Of a DNA stretch of 64,000 nucleotides, positions 9,453 to 20,572 are shown one piece after another. Position numbers and translations under genes: made by a program. Below the pieces are notes generated by a model. The model did not search any database, had not been told where the DNA came from, and saw only the letters and a list, made by a program, of their open reading frames with translations. The stretch comes from an uncultured Burkholderiales bacterium. Its GTDB lineage: Bacteria > Pseudomonadota > Gammaproteobacteria > Burkholderiales > Burkholderiaceae_C. The number at the start of each line of letters is the position of its first letter. Within the stretch, counting starts at the first letter, position 1. The stretch spans positions 2,826-66,825 of the forward strand of contig CAIMTJ010000092.1 in assembly GCA_903844385.1 (NCBI GenBank). The letters are read 5' to 3'.

Positions 9453-10532
9453 ATGTTGATTCCTGCCACTATCTTGACTGGTTTTTTGGGTTCCGGAAAA
9501 ACCACCTTGCTCAAACGCGTGTTGTCTGAAGCCCATGGGCAAAAGATTGCGGTCATTGAAAATGAGTTCGGCGAAGAAAATATTGACAACGACATCTTGC
9601 TCTTGGAGAGCAAGGAGCAAATTATTCAGATGAGCAATGGCTGCGTGTGCTGCACCATCCGCGAAGACTTGCGCACCACGCTCACCGATTTGGCCGAGAA
9701 ACGCAGGAAAGGCGAGATTGAGTTTGACCGTGTTGTCATTGAGACCACCGGCTTGGCCGATCCGGGACCGGTGGCGCAGACCTTTTTCATGGACGACCAA
9801 ATTGCCGAGAGTTATTTGCTCGACTCCATCTTGACCTTGGTGGACGCCAAACACGCGGCCCAGCAGCTCAATGACCGCCAGGAGGCTCGCCGACAAGTGG
9901 GCTTTGCCGATCAAATCTTCATCTCCAAATCCGATTTGGTGAGCGAGGACGACTTGGTCGCGTTGGAGCACCGCTTAAAGCACATGAACCCCAGAGCTCC
10001 CATGAAGCGGGTGCACTTTGGTGAAGTGGCGATTGCCAATGTGTTCGATTTGAAGGGCTTTAACCTCAATGCCAAACTCGACATTGATCCCGATTTTCTG
10101 ACCGAAGGCCATGATCACGGCCATGACCACCACGATCATGACCATGACCACCACGATCACGACCATGGCGAGCACTGTGACCACCCGAGTCACCAAGGCG
10201 GGGAGCACGGTCACGGCCACCACCATCACCACGACGATGACGTCAAGAGTTTTGTCTTCAAATCCTTAAAACCCTTTGATCCCGCCAAGTTAGAGGATTT
10301 TTTGGGTGCCATTGTGAACATTTATGGCCCCAAAATGCTGCGCTACAAGGGTGTGCTTTACATGAAAGGGACCGATAAAAAAGTCATTTTCCAAGGCGTG
10401 CACCAGTTGATGGGCAGTGATTTGGGACCCGCTTGGGGGGCCGGCGAGGAGAAAATCAACAAAATGGTTTTCATTGGAATTGATCTGCCTCGCGATATTT
10501 TTCTACAAGGGCTTGAACAGTGCCTGGTATGA
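9453..10532 (+). CDS. COG0523 (CobW/YjiA) G3E GTPase, His-rich metallochaperone
   Basis: GFLGSGKTT, ENEFGE, GCVCCT, ETTG, SKSD, long His/Asp tract. Confidence 0.93.
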   Translation: MLIPATILTGFLGSGKTTLLKRVLSEAHGQKIAVIENEFGEENIDNDILLLESKEQIIQMSNGCVCCTIREDLRTTLTDLAEKRRKGEIEFDRVVIETTGLADPGPVAQTFFMDDQIAESYLLDSILTLVDAKHAAQQLNDRQEARRQVGFADQIFISKSDLVSEDDLVALEHRLKHMNPRAPMKRVHFGEVAIANVFDLKGFNLNAKLDIDPDFLTEGHDHGHDHHDHDHDHHDHDHGEHCDHPSHQGGEHGHGHHHHHDDDVKSFVFKSLKPFDPAKLEDFLGAIVNIYGPKMLRYKGVLYMKGTDKKVIFQGVHQLMGSDLGPAWGAGEEKINKMVFIGIDLPRDIFLQGLEQCLV

Positions 10533-10670
10533 GTACAATCCGCGCGCCGCACGGGCTTTATTCAACCGCCAAGTTGTTGGAGTCGCAACGTGCTCACTAG
10601 CCTATTGGCCGTATTTTTTGGCTCAACAAAAGGGCGTCCCAACGCCACTGTGGAACGCGAGGAGACCCGC

Positions 10671-12005
10671 ATGACAAAAAAATTAAATCCGCCCCTCAAG
10701 GGCAAGCCCACTCCTGCTCCCAAGGCGGTCACTGCTTCCCAATCAAAGTCACCCAGCAAAGTTGCGGCCAAAACCCCGGCCAAAGTGGCACCCAAGCCCC
10801 CTGCCAAGTCCGCCAGTGCAGCGCCTGTGAAAGCTCCAGCCAAAGCTGCAGCCAAAGCCCCAGTGAAAGTGGCGGCCAAGGCCCCCGCCAAGGCTCTAGC
10901 GAAAGCTCCAGCGAAAGCGCCCGTGAAAGTGGCGGCCAAAACCGCCTCCAAGCCTGTGGCTAAAACACCTGCCAAGACGCCGGCCAAAACACCGCTCAAG
11001 GCTGCCGCGAGTGCGCCCGCCAAACCCGCGGCGAAAGCGCCTGTCAAAGTGGCACCCAAAGCTGCCGCAAAAGCGCCTGTAAAAGCGCCCGTGAAAGCGC
11101 CCGTGAAGGCGCCCGCCAAAGCAGCCGTCAAGTCATCGCCAAAAGCTCCGGCTAAAGCACCTGTTAAAGCGCCTGTGAAAGCGGCTGTGAAAGCACCGCT
11201 AAAAACTCAAGCCAAAGCCCCTGTGACAGCACCCGTGAAAGCGGCCGCGAAAGTGCCACCCAAGGCGGCACCTGTGGTGGTGCCCAAGCCTGTGCCGGTA
11301 CCCCCCAAACCCTCCAACCACGCGGTGCGTGCACCGGCCACCCCACCTTTGAAGCCATCGGTTCAGGGCCCCAAGGTGGTGGCCGGTCAAACCATCATTC
11401 AACCGCAAAACAAAAAATCCTCACGTGGCGCCAAAGCCGCCTCGATGGTGCCTCCTCCCCCCTTGGCCGTGGTTTCGACCAATGCGGCCAAGTCCAGTTT
11501 TGGGCCTGCTGATGCCCCTTCTCTTCCGTCTGTGATTCCCGTGATACCTAAAAAAGATAGCAAACTGGCCAACAATTGGAAAACCAAATCCGTGCCCGAG
11601 CTCACCGATGCCGAGGTGATCGCCATGCCCGACGCTGAGTACATGAACGACACGCAGATGGCGTTTTTCCGTCACAAGCTGTCGCTCTTGAAGCAAGACA
11701 TGCTCAACAATGCGGGACAAACGACAGAGAATTTGCGCGAAGACACGGTCGTGGTGCCCGATCCAGCCGATCGCGCCACCATTGAGGAAGAGCACGCCTT
11801 GGAGTTGCGCACCCGTGACCGCGAGCGCAAATTGCTCAAGAAAATCGAACAATCCATTCAACGCATTGATGCGGGTGACTATGGCTATTGCGACGAAACG
11901 GGCGAGGCCATTGGCGTGGGCCGTTTGCTCGCCAGGCCCACGGCCACCTTGTCGCTGGAGGCGCAGCAGCGCCGTGAGCTCAAACAAAAGATGTTTGGCG
12001 ACTGA
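10671..12005 (+). CDS. dksA: DksA with long N-terminal Lys/Ala/Pro-rich extension
   Basis: C-terminal EYM...PDPADRATIEEE...RDRERKLLKKI...YGYCDETGEAIG..RLLARP. Confidence 0.92.
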   Translation: MTKKLNPPLKGKPTPAPKAVTASQSKSPSKVAAKTPAKVAPKPPAKSASAAPVKAPAKAAAKAPVKVAAKAPAKALAKAPAKAPVKVAAKTASKPVAKTPAKTPAKTPLKAAASAPAKPAAKAPVKVAPKAAAKAPVKAPVKAPVKAPAKAAVKSSPKAPAKAPVKAPVKAAVKAPLKTQAKAPVTAPVKAAAKVPPKAAPVVVPKPVPVPPKPSNHAVRAPATPPLKPSVQGPKVVAGQTIIQPQNKKSSRGAKAASMVPPPPLAVVSTNAAKSSFGPADAPSLPSVIPVIPKKDSKLANNWKTKSVPELTDAEVIAMPDAEYMNDTQMAFFRHKLSLLKQDMLNNAGQTTENLREDTVVVPDPADRATIEEEHALELRTRDRERKLLKKIEQSIQRIDAGDYGYCDETGEAIGVGRLLARPTATLSLEAQQRRELKQKMFGD

Positions 12006-12370
12006 TCAACCCATCGACGGGTCTAGCTGAGTAGCGCGGGCCTGGGGTGAGGTCCTCAAGGAGGCCTGCGGTGAGGGCGGCCACCCTTGCCAAGCTTGCA
12101 CGATCAAGCGCGCAGCGTGCCTGGCGCTCAGGGCTCGAGCCCTCATTGTTGGTCGGGTCGTGTAGCGCTGCTCGGCTGGGCGCGCGCAGCCACACCTCAA
12201 GCCTTAGAAATGGAACAAGTGTCGGCGTCTTGCGACACGGTCGTGACTTCACCGCCATCGACGCTGGTTTTTTGCAGGCATCATTTTTTATTCATCCGTC
12301 ACATTCAGTAGCACGCCTAAGTCCTTCATTTTTAAGGAAATTCATCTCGATCATTTCGATGAAAATCAGC

Positions 12371-12383
12371 TAAGTCATTGATT
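12371..12383. promoter_or_regulatory. IHF-like site upstream of the dcw promoter
   Basis: TAAGTCATTGATT is the reverse complement of WATCAA-N4-TTR. Confidence 0.5.
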
Positions 12384-12409
12384 TCATTGAAAAAAGCAAT
12401 AAATACCTG

Positions 12410-12467
12410 TTGCGAAATTTTTAATTCCTGATACAGTGCAATAAAGTGCAATTAAGTGGGAAAAAGT
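12410..12467 (+). promoter_or_regulatory. dcw (mraZ) promoter with MraZ-binding repeats
   Basis: TTGCGA-16-TACAGT; GTGCA/GTGCA/GTGGG at 12436/12446/12456 (10-nt period). Confidence 0.7.
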
Positions 12468-12552
12468 TTATACTTTTTAACCCATGGAGGGGGCGTTGTT
12501 GGCGCCTTCGTTTTTGCATCGACATTGAGTGTCATTCAAAGGGAATTAAAAC

Positions 12553-12981
12553 GTGTTTCAAGGCGCATCATCGTTGAGCTTAGACGGCAAGGGGCGGTTA
12601 TCCATACCGACTCGGCACCGTGACGTGCTCGCAGTGAATGCCGCCTCACAACTCACCATCACCCGACACCCCCACGGCTGCTTGATGATGTTTCCACGCC
12701 CAGAGTGGGAGCAGTTCCGTGCGCGCATTGCGGCCTTGCCCATGGAGGCGCAGTGGTGGAAGCGAATTTTCTTGGGCAACGCCATGGATGTGGAGATGGA
12801 TGGCACCTCTCGCGTTTTGCTCTCGCCTGAGCTCAGGCGAGCAGCGACGATAGAAAAAGAAGTGATCTTGCTCGGCATGGGCAACCACTTTGAGATTTGG
12901 GACAAGGCCGTCTATGAGTCCCAAGAAGCCGTGGCCATGAAAGCGCAAATGCCCGATGTGTTCAAAGAATTTTCTTTTTAA
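12553..12981 (+). CDS. mraZ: Transcriptional repressor MraZ
   Basis: [27 protein letters not shown]. Confidence 0.96.
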   Translation: MFQGASSLSLDGKGRLSIPTRHRDVLAVNAASQLTITRHPHGCLMMFPRPEWEQFRARIAALPMEAQWWKRIFLGNAMDVEMDGTSRVLLSPELRRAATIEKEVILLGMGNHFEIWDKAVYESQEAVAMKAQMPDVFKEFSF

Positions 12982-12986
12982 GTTGG

Positions 12987-13919
12987 ATGGAGCCTACCCC
13001 ATGGACGCACAACACCGTGTTGTTGCACGAGGCGGTCGATGCCTTAGAGGTGCAGCGTTCGGGCGTGTTTGTCGACGCCACCTTCGGCCGGGGTGGGCAT
13101 TCGGCGCTTGTTCTGTCCAAGCTCAATGCGACGAGCTCCTTGATCGCTTTCGACAAAGACCCCGAAGCGGTGCAAGCCGCCCAGCAAATTCAAGACCCTC
13201 GCTTTTCGATTCGGCACGAGGGCTTTGTGCACTTGGCCCAGCTCCAACCAGCCAGCGTGGCGGGGGTGTTGATGGATCTGGGGATCAGCTCGCCGCAGAT
13301 CGACAACCCAGCGCGTGGCTTTTCATTTCGCTTCGACGGCCCCTTGGACATGCGCATGGATCCGACCCGGGGCGAGCCCTTGAGTGCGTGGCTCCAAAGC
13401 GCCGAACAAGACAAGATTGCGCAGGTGATTCGTGAGTATGGAGAAGAACGGTTTGCTGCATCGATTGCAAAGGCGATTGTTGCTCGCCGACAAGAACGGG
13501 GCACTCCTCAAACCACCGCAGAGCTGGCCCAACTCGTGGCTGGCGCGGTCAAAACCCGCGAGTCGGGCCAGGATCCTGCAACGCGCACATTTCAGGCTTT
13601 TCGGATTTTCATCAATGGCGAGCTTGAAGAGCTGCAACAGGCGCTAGAGGCGAGTTTGAATATATTGGAACCAGGTGGCAAATTGGTCGTGATCAGTTTT
13701 CATTCCCTTGAGGATCGAATTGTCAAACAATTCATCGCCAAGCATTCCAAGGCGCCCTTTGACCGGCGTGCGCCCTTTGCTGTGCCGCCCGAGATGCAGC
13801 TCCAAAGCCTGGCGCGCATCAAACCCAGTGACGAAGAGATCAAAAGAAACCCGCGCTCACGCTCGGCCATCATGCGGGTGGCGCAAAAAATCGCCCCCAC
13901 GAGTGGGATGAATTCATGA
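12987..13919 (+). CDS. rsmH: 16S rRNA m4C1402 methyltransferase
   Basis: [34 protein letters not shown]. Confidence 0.97.
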   Translation: MEPTPWTHNTVLLHEAVDALEVQRSGVFVDATFGRGGHSALVLSKLNATSSLIAFDKDPEAVQAAQQIQDPRFSIRHEGFVHLAQLQPASVAGVLMDLGISSPQIDNPARGFSFRFDGPLDMRMDPTRGEPLSAWLQSAEQDKIAQVIREYGEERFAASIAKAIVARRQERGTPQTTAELAQLVAGAVKTRESGQDPATRTFQAFRIFINGELEELQQALEASLNILEPGGKLVVISFHSLEDRIVKQFIAKHSKAPFDRRAPFAVPPEMQLQSLARIKPSDEEIKRNPRSRSAIMRVAQKIAPTSGMNS

Positions 13920-14323
13920 CTCGGCTCAATGCCTTGCTGTTGATTGCAGTGCTCTGCAGCGCCTTTTATTTGGTGAGAACGCAGTACGACTCCAGACGCC
14001 TTTACACCGAATATGACCGTGCGCGCTCGGAGTCACGGCGTTTGGACTTGGAGCGCGAGCGCTTGGAAGTCGAGCGCCGCGCGCAAGGCACTTCTTTGCG
14101 GGTGGAGCATGTGGCCAAAGAGCAGTTGCACATGAAAAATGTGACGCCTGCCATCACGCAATACATTCTCGAGCCTGTTGGCGCTCAAGACGTGGCCAAA
14201 GCAGCCCCACCCAATGCGGCGCCCAACTTTCTCTCACCCTACCTGAGCGCACCCTTGAAGACCCAAGTGGCCGGTACACCCGCGCTTAAAAACGCGAGCA
14301 GCTCAAGGGTTGACATGCCATGA
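13916..14323 (+). CDS. ftsL: Cell division protein FtsL
   Basis: TM segment plus coiled coil, [12 protein letters not shown]; dcw position. Confidence 0.9.
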   Translation: MTRLNALLLIAVLCSAFYLVRTQYDSRRLYTEYDRARSESRRLDLERERLEVERRAQGTSLRVEHVAKEQLHMKNVTPAITQYILEPVGAQDVAKAAPPNAAPNFLSPYLSAPLKTQVAGTPALKNASSSRVDMP

Positions 14324-16053
14324 GCCGCAAAAGCGTTCAATTCACTTCTAGTCCACTGCTGGCGAGCAAGACGCCCATTTGGCGCAGCCAGTTCATCGTG
14401 GCCTTGATTGCTTTGGGATTTTTGGGGCTGATTGTGCGCGCGGCATTTGTGCAGGTGATTGAGAACGATTTCTTCAAGCGCCAAGGTGAGGTGCGCTTTG
14501 TGCGTCACCAAGACATTCCCGCCGACCGCGGCAAAATCTTTGACCGCAATGGCCAAATTCTGGCCTCCAGTGTGGCCGTGCCCAGTATCTTTGCGACCCC
14601 GGATGATCTCGATCGCGATCCGGCCAAGTGGACCAAATTGGCCAAACTCTTGGACATGCCGCTGCAGGACTTGCAAAACCGCACCAAGGACGAGGACAGA
14701 AATTTCACTTGGCTCAAGCGCATGGTCGACGAGTCCCTGGCCGAGCAAGTCAAAGCCCTCAAAATTCGCGGCATTGGTATCCACAAGGAATACAAACGCA
14801 TCTACCCCGAGGGTGAGGCGGTGGCGCATGTGGTGGGCTACACCAATATTGAAAACAATGGCCAAGATGGTGCCGAACTCACCTTCAACAACAGCTTGAC
14901 GGGCCATTTGGGCTCGCGGCGCATCATTAAAAATCGCTTTGGCGAAGCGGTCGAAGACATGGGCGAGACCACCGCACCGAGTGATGGTCAAGACTTGCAG
15001 TTGAGCATTGACTCCAAAGTGCAGTATTTTGCCTATCAAAAGCTCAAAGATGCGGTGCTTGAACACAAAGCCGCTGCCGGTGGGGTGGTGGTGCTCGATG
15101 TGAACACGGGTGAGGTGCTGGCGTTGGCCAATTACCCCAGTTTCACACCCAATAGCCACACCAATTTGAGTGGCGCGCAGTTGCGAAACCGCGCCATCAC
15201 CGACACCTTTGAGCCGGGCTCGACGATGAAGCCCTTTGTCGTGGCCTTGGCCCTTGAGCAAGGCATTGTGACGCCGGAGACCATTATTCAAACGGGCGCG
15301 GGCAAATTGGCCATGGGCGGGTTCACCATCCGAGACGATTCGCCCAATGGCGCGCTGTCGGTGAGTCAGGTCATTCAAAAGTCGAGCAATATTGGCGCGG
15401 TCAAAATCTCTCTTCAAATGCCCCCCCAACAACTGTGGGGCATGTTCACGCAAGTCGGCTTTGGGCAAAAACCGCAGGTGCCCTTTCCTGGCTTGGTGGG
15501 AGGAAAGCTGCGGGCGTACAAGACTTGGCGCCCCATTGAACAAGCCACCATGAGCTATGGCTATGGTTTGTCGGTGAGCTTGTTCCAGTTGGCCCACGCT
15601 TACACCTTGTTTGCCCGCGAGGGCGAGATCATTCCCTTGTCCCTCTTAAAGCACGAGGAGAGCGTGACGGGCGTGCGTGTGATCTCCAAAGACCACGCCA
15701 ACGCGGTGCGACAGATGCTGCACATGGTGGCCGGACCCGGCGGCACGGCGCCCAAGGCTCAAACCATGGGCTACTCCGTGGGCGGTAAAACCGGCACCGC
15801 CCACAAAGTGCAGGGCAACGGATACGGCAACAAATACCGCGGCTTTTTTGTGGGGATGGCACCGATTGAAAACCCACGCATCATCGTGGCGGTGATGATC
15901 GATGAGCCCACCGATGGATTTTATTTTGGTGGCGATGTGGCCGCTCCCGTGTTCAGCCAAACCGTGCAGCAAACCCTGCGCGTCATGGGGATTCAGCCCG
16001 ACATGCGGGTCAAGCCCCAAGTCGTGGCCAAAGCCGAGCCGGAGTCATTTTGA
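14320..16053 (+). CDS. ftsI: Penicillin-binding protein 3
   Basis: EPGSTMK, KSSN, GKTGT. Confidence 0.96.
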   Translation: MSRKSVQFTSSPLLASKTPIWRSQFIVALIALGFLGLIVRAAFVQVIENDFFKRQGEVRFVRHQDIPADRGKIFDRNGQILASSVAVPSIFATPDDLDRDPAKWTKLAKLLDMPLQDLQNRTKDEDRNFTWLKRMVDESLAEQVKALKIRGIGIHKEYKRIYPEGEAVAHVVGYTNIENNGQDGAELTFNNSLTGHLGSRRIIKNRFGEAVEDMGETTAPSDGQDLQLSIDSKVQYFAYQKLKDAVLEHKAAAGGVVVLDVNTGEVLALANYPSFTPNSHTNLSGAQLRNRAITDTFEPGSTMKPFVVALALEQGIVTPETIIQTGAGKLAMGGFTIRDDSPNGALSVSQVIQKSSNIGAVKISLQMPPQQLWGMFTQVGFGQKPQVPFPGLVGGKLRAYKTWRPIEQATMSYGYGLSVSLFQLAHAYTLFAREGEIIPLSLLKHEESVTGVRVISKDHANAVRQMLHMVAGPGGTAPKAQTMGYSVGGKTGTAHKVQGNGYGNKYRGFFVGMAPIENPRIIVAVMIDEPTDGFYFGGDVAAPVFSQTVQQTLRVMGIQPDMRVKPQVVAKAEPESF

Positions 16054-17843
16054 TGCGCTCATGGACCACCCCCCAAGACGCGGCCGATTGGCTGCGCGCT
16101 GGTTCGACCGATAGGGCCGCGGGTGTCAATCCTGGGCGAACGCCGGTTTTACAAACCGACTCCAGAGCCCTTCAAGGCGGGGATGTTTTTTTGGCCTACG
16201 CGGGCCACACGGTTGACGCAAGAGGGCTCGTGGCCCAAGCCCTCAGGGACGGGGCGAGTGCGTGCTTGGTGGACTTGCAAGGCGAGGACCCCATGAACGC
16301 AGCCTGTGTGGAGCGAATCTTCTCGGGCTTGAGCCCAAAGGATGCACAGGCACTGGCAGAGGACCCCCGCGTTGCGTTCATGCCCCATCTCAAAGCATCG
16401 CGAGGCTTGGTGGCGGCGCATTACGCTGGCCTGCCCTCGACTCAGATCAAGGTCTTGGCGGTGACGGGCACCAATGGAAAAACCACTTGCACGTGGTGGC
16501 TCGCGCAGGCGCTGGAGCGACTCGGTGAGCGTTGTGCTGTGGCCGGCACGCTCGGGTTTGGCGCTTTGGCTCGCAACGCCAACGACAGCGGCGCTTCGCT
16601 TGGCCACCAGCTCCAGCCCCTGACGTCTGAGTCAGCACCCTTGCCCAAGAGCCAGAGCCAGCTCACCACCATGGAGGCCCATGAATTGCAGCAGGCCATG
16701 CGCCTGGCCGTGAACGCGGGTTTCACACACTTGGCCCTGGAGGCGTCTTCGATTGGTTTGAACGAGGGGCGTCTCACGGGCACCCAAATCGAAGTGGCGG
16801 TGCTCACCAACCTCACGCAAGATCACCTCGACTACCACGGCGACATGGTGTCTTACTGGCAGGCCAAAAAAATTCTCTTCACTCAGATGCAGCCCAAAGC
16901 GGTGGTGATCAACCTCGATGATGCGCACGGCTTGGCGCTCTACCTCGAGTGGGTCTTGGCGCTGCAAAGCCCACTGAATCAGCCCAATCAACTCAATCAG
17001 CCCAAACAACCCTATCCGACCATTGTTGCCTACACCAGCGACGCGGCCCTTCTCCCCGCCGTCTCGCAAGCGTTGACTCAGCGTGGTCTCCAAGTTGCCA
17101 CGGCCGAGAAGCTCTTGCAAGAGGTGGTCTGCGCTCACCACATTGAGCACGTGGGTAAGCTTGGCGCTTGGGGCTTCGAGTTGGCTTGGCGCGGTGAGCG
17201 CGCTTCGTTTGAACTCCACGTCCTGGGTCGCTACAACGTGAGCAATGCGTTGGCGGTCATCAGCACACTCTTGGCTCTGGGCGTCCATTGGCCAGACGCA
17301 CTCGCGGCTTGTGAGGGGCTCCAAGCGGTGAACGGGCGCATGCAACGCCTGGGCCTGGAAGGCACGCCCAACGTCGTGGTCGATTACGCGCACACGCCCG
17401 ACGCGTTGACGCAAGTGCTCTCCTCGCTCAAAGAAATCACCCGCCCCCAAGGCGCCAAACTGTGGTGTGTCATGGGGTGTGGCGGGGACAGAGACCGCTC
17501 CAAGCGTGCCTTGATGGGTCAAGCCGCACAGCGTTGGGCCGACCAAGTGGTGCTCACCTCGGACAACCCCAGGTCTGAAAACCCCGTGAGCATCATGGAC
17601 GACATTGAACGTGGCATGTCTGGCGCGGCCGTTGAGCGCCAGCCCGATCGCCGACGCGCCATTGAGTGGGCCGTCTCCAGCGCGGCTTTGCAAGACTGGG
17701 TCTTGGTGGCTGGCAAAGGTCATGAGACCACCCAAGAGGTGGCGGGCGTGCGGCTAGCGTTTTCAGACGCAGACGTGGTGGCCCAAGTGCTGGTGCAAGA
17801 ACGCGCCCACCGCCAAGCTGCACGGGGAGGGCGCCATGCTTGA
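16053..17843 (+). CDS. murE: UDP-MurNAc-tripeptide synthetase
   Basis: GTNGKTT, DHLDYH, DYAHTPD, DNPR, GKGHE; several insertions. Confidence 0.95.
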   Translation: MRSWTTPQDAADWLRAGSTDRAAGVNPGRTPVLQTDSRALQGGDVFLAYAGHTVDARGLVAQALRDGASACLVDLQGEDPMNAACVERIFSGLSPKDAQALAEDPRVAFMPHLKASRGLVAAHYAGLPSTQIKVLAVTGTNGKTTCTWWLAQALERLGERCAVAGTLGFGALARNANDSGASLGHQLQPLTSESAPLPKSQSQLTTMEAHELQQAMRLAVNAGFTHLALEASSIGLNEGRLTGTQIEVAVLTNLTQDHLDYHGDMVSYWQAKKILFTQMQPKAVVINLDDAHGLALYLEWVLALQSPLNQPNQLNQPKQPYPTIVAYTSDAALLPAVSQALTQRGLQVATAEKLLQEVVCAHHIEHVGKLGAWGFELAWRGERASFELHVLGRYNVSNALAVISTLLALGVHWPDALAACEGLQAVNGRMQRLGLEGTPNVVVDYAHTPDALTQVLSSLKEITRPQGAKLWCVMGCGGDRDRSKRALMGQAAQRWADQVVLTSDNPRSENPVSIMDDIERGMSGAAVERQPDRRRAIEWAVSSAALQDWVLVAGKGHETTQEVAGVRLAFSDADVVAQVLVQERAHRQAARGGRHA

Positions 17844-19395
17844 GAGCCTCTCCTTGGCCAGCAACAAAGCCCAGTTGGGAGCGTCGCACATGAGCGCGGC
17901 CAAGACAGCCACCCATGGGGACGACTCGGGCATGAATTGCTGTTGGTCGCAGCTGAGGGCCATGATGGCCGCTTGCCCTGCACTCGAGGCCCAAGAGGTC
18001 TCAGCCCCTGCCCAGGCGCTTACAGGCGCCACACCCGCTGTGATCGAGCGCTTCCAAACAGATACAAGACAGTTGGTGCCAGGTGACCTCTTTGTGGCAC
18101 TCCAAGGCGAGAGCTTTGACGGCCACGATTTCTTGAGCCAGGCCAAAGCGCGCGGTGCTGTGGGCGCCATTGCTCAGCGCGGGCTCATGGCGGCGGGTTT
18201 GTCAGGCTTTGAGGTCAAGGACAGCACGCGTGCCTTGGGCGAGATGGCCCAGGCGTGGCGAGCCCAATTTGAGTTGGGGCTCATAGCCGTCACCGGCAGC
18301 AACGGTAAAACCACCGTCACGCAAATGTTGGCCAGTGTGCTGCGCGCTTGGGTGGGCGAGGACGCCTTGGCCACTCGGGGTAACTTCAACAACGCCATCG
18401 GTGTGCCGCTCACCCTTTTGCGACTGCGCGCGCATCACCGCTGTGGCGTGTTGGAGCTTGGGATGAACCATGTGGGCGAAATAGAGAGCCTGGCGCGATG
18501 GGTTGCCCCGCGTGTGGCCCTGGTGAACAACGCCCAACGCGAGCACCAAGAGTTCATGGGCAGTGTCCACGCGGTGGCCGAGGAAAATGGTCGTGTTTTG
18601 CAAGCCTTGAGCGCGGGCGGGGTGGCGGTTTTTCCGATGGACGATGAGTTCGAGCCGCTTTGGTCGCAAATGGCAGGTTCGCACGCGATCTGCCGCTTTG
18701 GTCGCCGCGACGGCGCACACGTTCAACTGCTCGAGCACGCGTGGCAAGGCAGTCATTACGCCATGCGGGTGTTGACCCCTCAAGGCCAAGCGCGTGTGAC
18801 CCTGCACATGGCGGGCGAGCACCATGTGAACAACGCCTTGGCCTGTGTGGCGTGTGCGGTGAGTTTGGGCGTTCCCTTGAGTGCCGTGGCCCAGGGCTTG
18901 TCCGAGTTCAGGGCCGTTACCGGACGTGGGCAGTTGCACCTCGTTGGCTCAGACACGCAGGCCATCACCTTGGTCGACGACACCTACAACGCCAACCCCG
19001 ACTCGGTGTTGGCGGCCATCGATGTGCTCAAGCAAATGCCCCAACCGTCGGTCTTGGTGCTGGGTGACATGGGCGAGGTCGGCGAAAACGGTGAGCTCTA
19101 CCACCAAGAGGTCGGTGAGTACGCCCAGAGCGCGGGGATCTCGGTGATGCTCACCTTGGGGGACTTGTCCAAGGCCAGCGCTCACGCCTTTGCTGCCGGT
19201 GAGTTAAAGCCCTCGAGCTCTGGCGCTTACGCTTCAACTAACGAGGGCTTGGCACAACTGCTCGTGCAACTCGATCGAGAGCTGCAAAGTGCCAAAAGCG
19301 TATTGGTCAAAGGTTCTCGCTTCATGCGCATGGAGCGCGTGGTCAACCATGTTTTATCCAAGTCTGCCAACCTGAAGGACACCCCATGCTCTTGA
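17836..19395 (+). CDS. murF: UDP-MurNAc-tripeptide--D-Ala-D-Ala ligase
   Basis: GSNGKTT, NNAIGVP, ELGMNH, DTYNANP, GDMGE, KGSR; start uncertain. Confidence 0.95.
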   Translation: MLESLSLASNKAQLGASHMSAAKTATHGDDSGMNCCWSQLRAMMAACPALEAQEVSAPAQALTGATPAVIERFQTDTRQLVPGDLFVALQGESFDGHDFLSQAKARGAVGAIAQRGLMAAGLSGFEVKDSTRALGEMAQAWRAQFELGLIAVTGSNGKTTVTQMLASVLRAWVGEDALATRGNFNNAIGVPLTLLRLRAHHRCGVLELGMNHVGEIESLARWVAPRVALVNNAQREHQEFMGSVHAVAEENGRVLQALSAGGVAVFPMDDEFEPLWSQMAGSHAICRFGRRDGAHVQLLEHAWQGSHYAMRVLTPQGQARVTLHMAGEHHVNNALACVACAVSLGVPLSAVAQGLSEFRAVTGRGQLHLVGSDTQAITLVDDTYNANPDSVLAAIDVLKQMPQPSVLVLGDMGEVGENGELYHQEVGEYAQSAGISVMLTLGDLSKASAHAFAAGELKPSSSGAYASTNEGLAQLLVQLDRELQSAKSVLVKGSRFMRMERVVNHVLSKSANLKDTPCS

Positions 19396-20564
19396 TCGTG
19401 GCCCAATGGTTGCAAGGTTTGTCGCCTGATTTGGGTTTTTTCCGGGTATTTCAATACATCACCTTTCGCGCGGTGATGGCGGCGTTGACGGCCTTGTTGA
19501 TTGGATTGGCTGCGGGCCCTTATGTGATTCGGCGCCTCACGGCGCTCAAAATCGGTCAACCGATTCGTGAATACGCCATGCAAAGCCATTTGAGCAAATC
19601 GGGCACACCCACCATGGGCGGGGTGCTGATATTGATTGGTATTGCGGTGGCTACCATCTTGTGGTCAGACTGGTCCAATCGATTTGTTTGGATTGTCATG
19701 ATCGTCACCTTTGGTTTCGGTGCAATCGGGTGGGTGGACGACTGGCGAAAAGTCGTGCGCAAAGACCCCGAGGGCATGCCTTCTCGAGAAAAGTACCTGT
19801 GGCAATCGGCCATTGGCCTCATGGCGGCACTGTATTTGGTCTTTAGCATTTCAGAGAGCAGCAACTTCAAAGTGGTGGAGTTGTTTTGGAGCTGGATCTC
19901 GTCGGGCTTTGATTTGAATTTGCCTCCGAAAGCGGGCCTGATGGTGCCCTTCATGAAAGAGGTGAGCTATCCCCTGGGCGTTCTCGGGTTTGTGGTGCTC
20001 ACCTATTTGGTGATTGTGGGCTCGAGCAATGCAGTGAATTTGACCGATGGGCTAGACGGCTTGGCCATCATGCCCGTTGTCATGGTGGGTTCGGCCTTGG
20101 GGGTGTTTGCCTATGTGACAGGCAGCTCTGTCTATTCGCGCTACTTGATCATTCCCTACATTCCGGGTGCGGGGGAGTTGTTGATCTTTTGCGCGGCCAT
20201 GGCCGGTGCGGGTTTGGCCTTTTTGTGGTTCAACACCCACCCAGCGCAAGTCTTCATGGGGGATGTGGGTGCACTGGCGCTTGGGGCTGCCTTGGGCACC
20301 GTGGCCGTCATTGTGCGCCAAGAGATCGTGCTCTCCATCATGGGGGGGATCTTTGTGGTGGAGGCCTTGTCGGTGATGCTGCAAGTCTCCTACTTCAAAT
20401 ACACCAAGCGCAAATACGGCGAGGGCCGGCGCATTTTGAGGATGGCTCCCCTACACCATCACTTTGAAAAAATCGGTTGGCCAGAGACCCAGGTGGTGGT
20501 GCGCTTTTGGATCATCACGATGCTGCTGTGTTTGGTGGGGCTGTCCACCCTGAAATTGAGATAA
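19386..20564 (+). CDS. mraY: Phospho-MurNAc-pentapeptide transferase
   Basis: [27 protein letters not shown]. Confidence 0.97.
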   Translation: MLLIVAQWLQGLSPDLGFFRVFQYITFRAVMAALTALLIGLAAGPYVIRRLTALKIGQPIREYAMQSHLSKSGTPTMGGVLILIGIAVATILWSDWSNRFVWIVMIVTFGFGAIGWVDDWRKVVRKDPEGMPSREKYLWQSAIGLMAALYLVFSISESSNFKVVELFWSWISSGFDLNLPPKAGLMVPFMKEVSYPLGVLGFVVLTYLVIVGSSNAVNLTDGLDGLAIMPVVMVGSALGVFAYVTGSSVYSRYLIIPYIPGAGELLIFCAAMAGAGLAFLWFNTHPAQVFMGDVGALALGAALGTVAVIVRQEIVLSIMGGIFVVEALSVMLQVSYFKYTKRKYGEGRRILRMAPLHHHFEKIGWPETQVVVRFWIITMLLCLVGLSTLKLR

Positions 20565-20572
20565 GAACGCCC

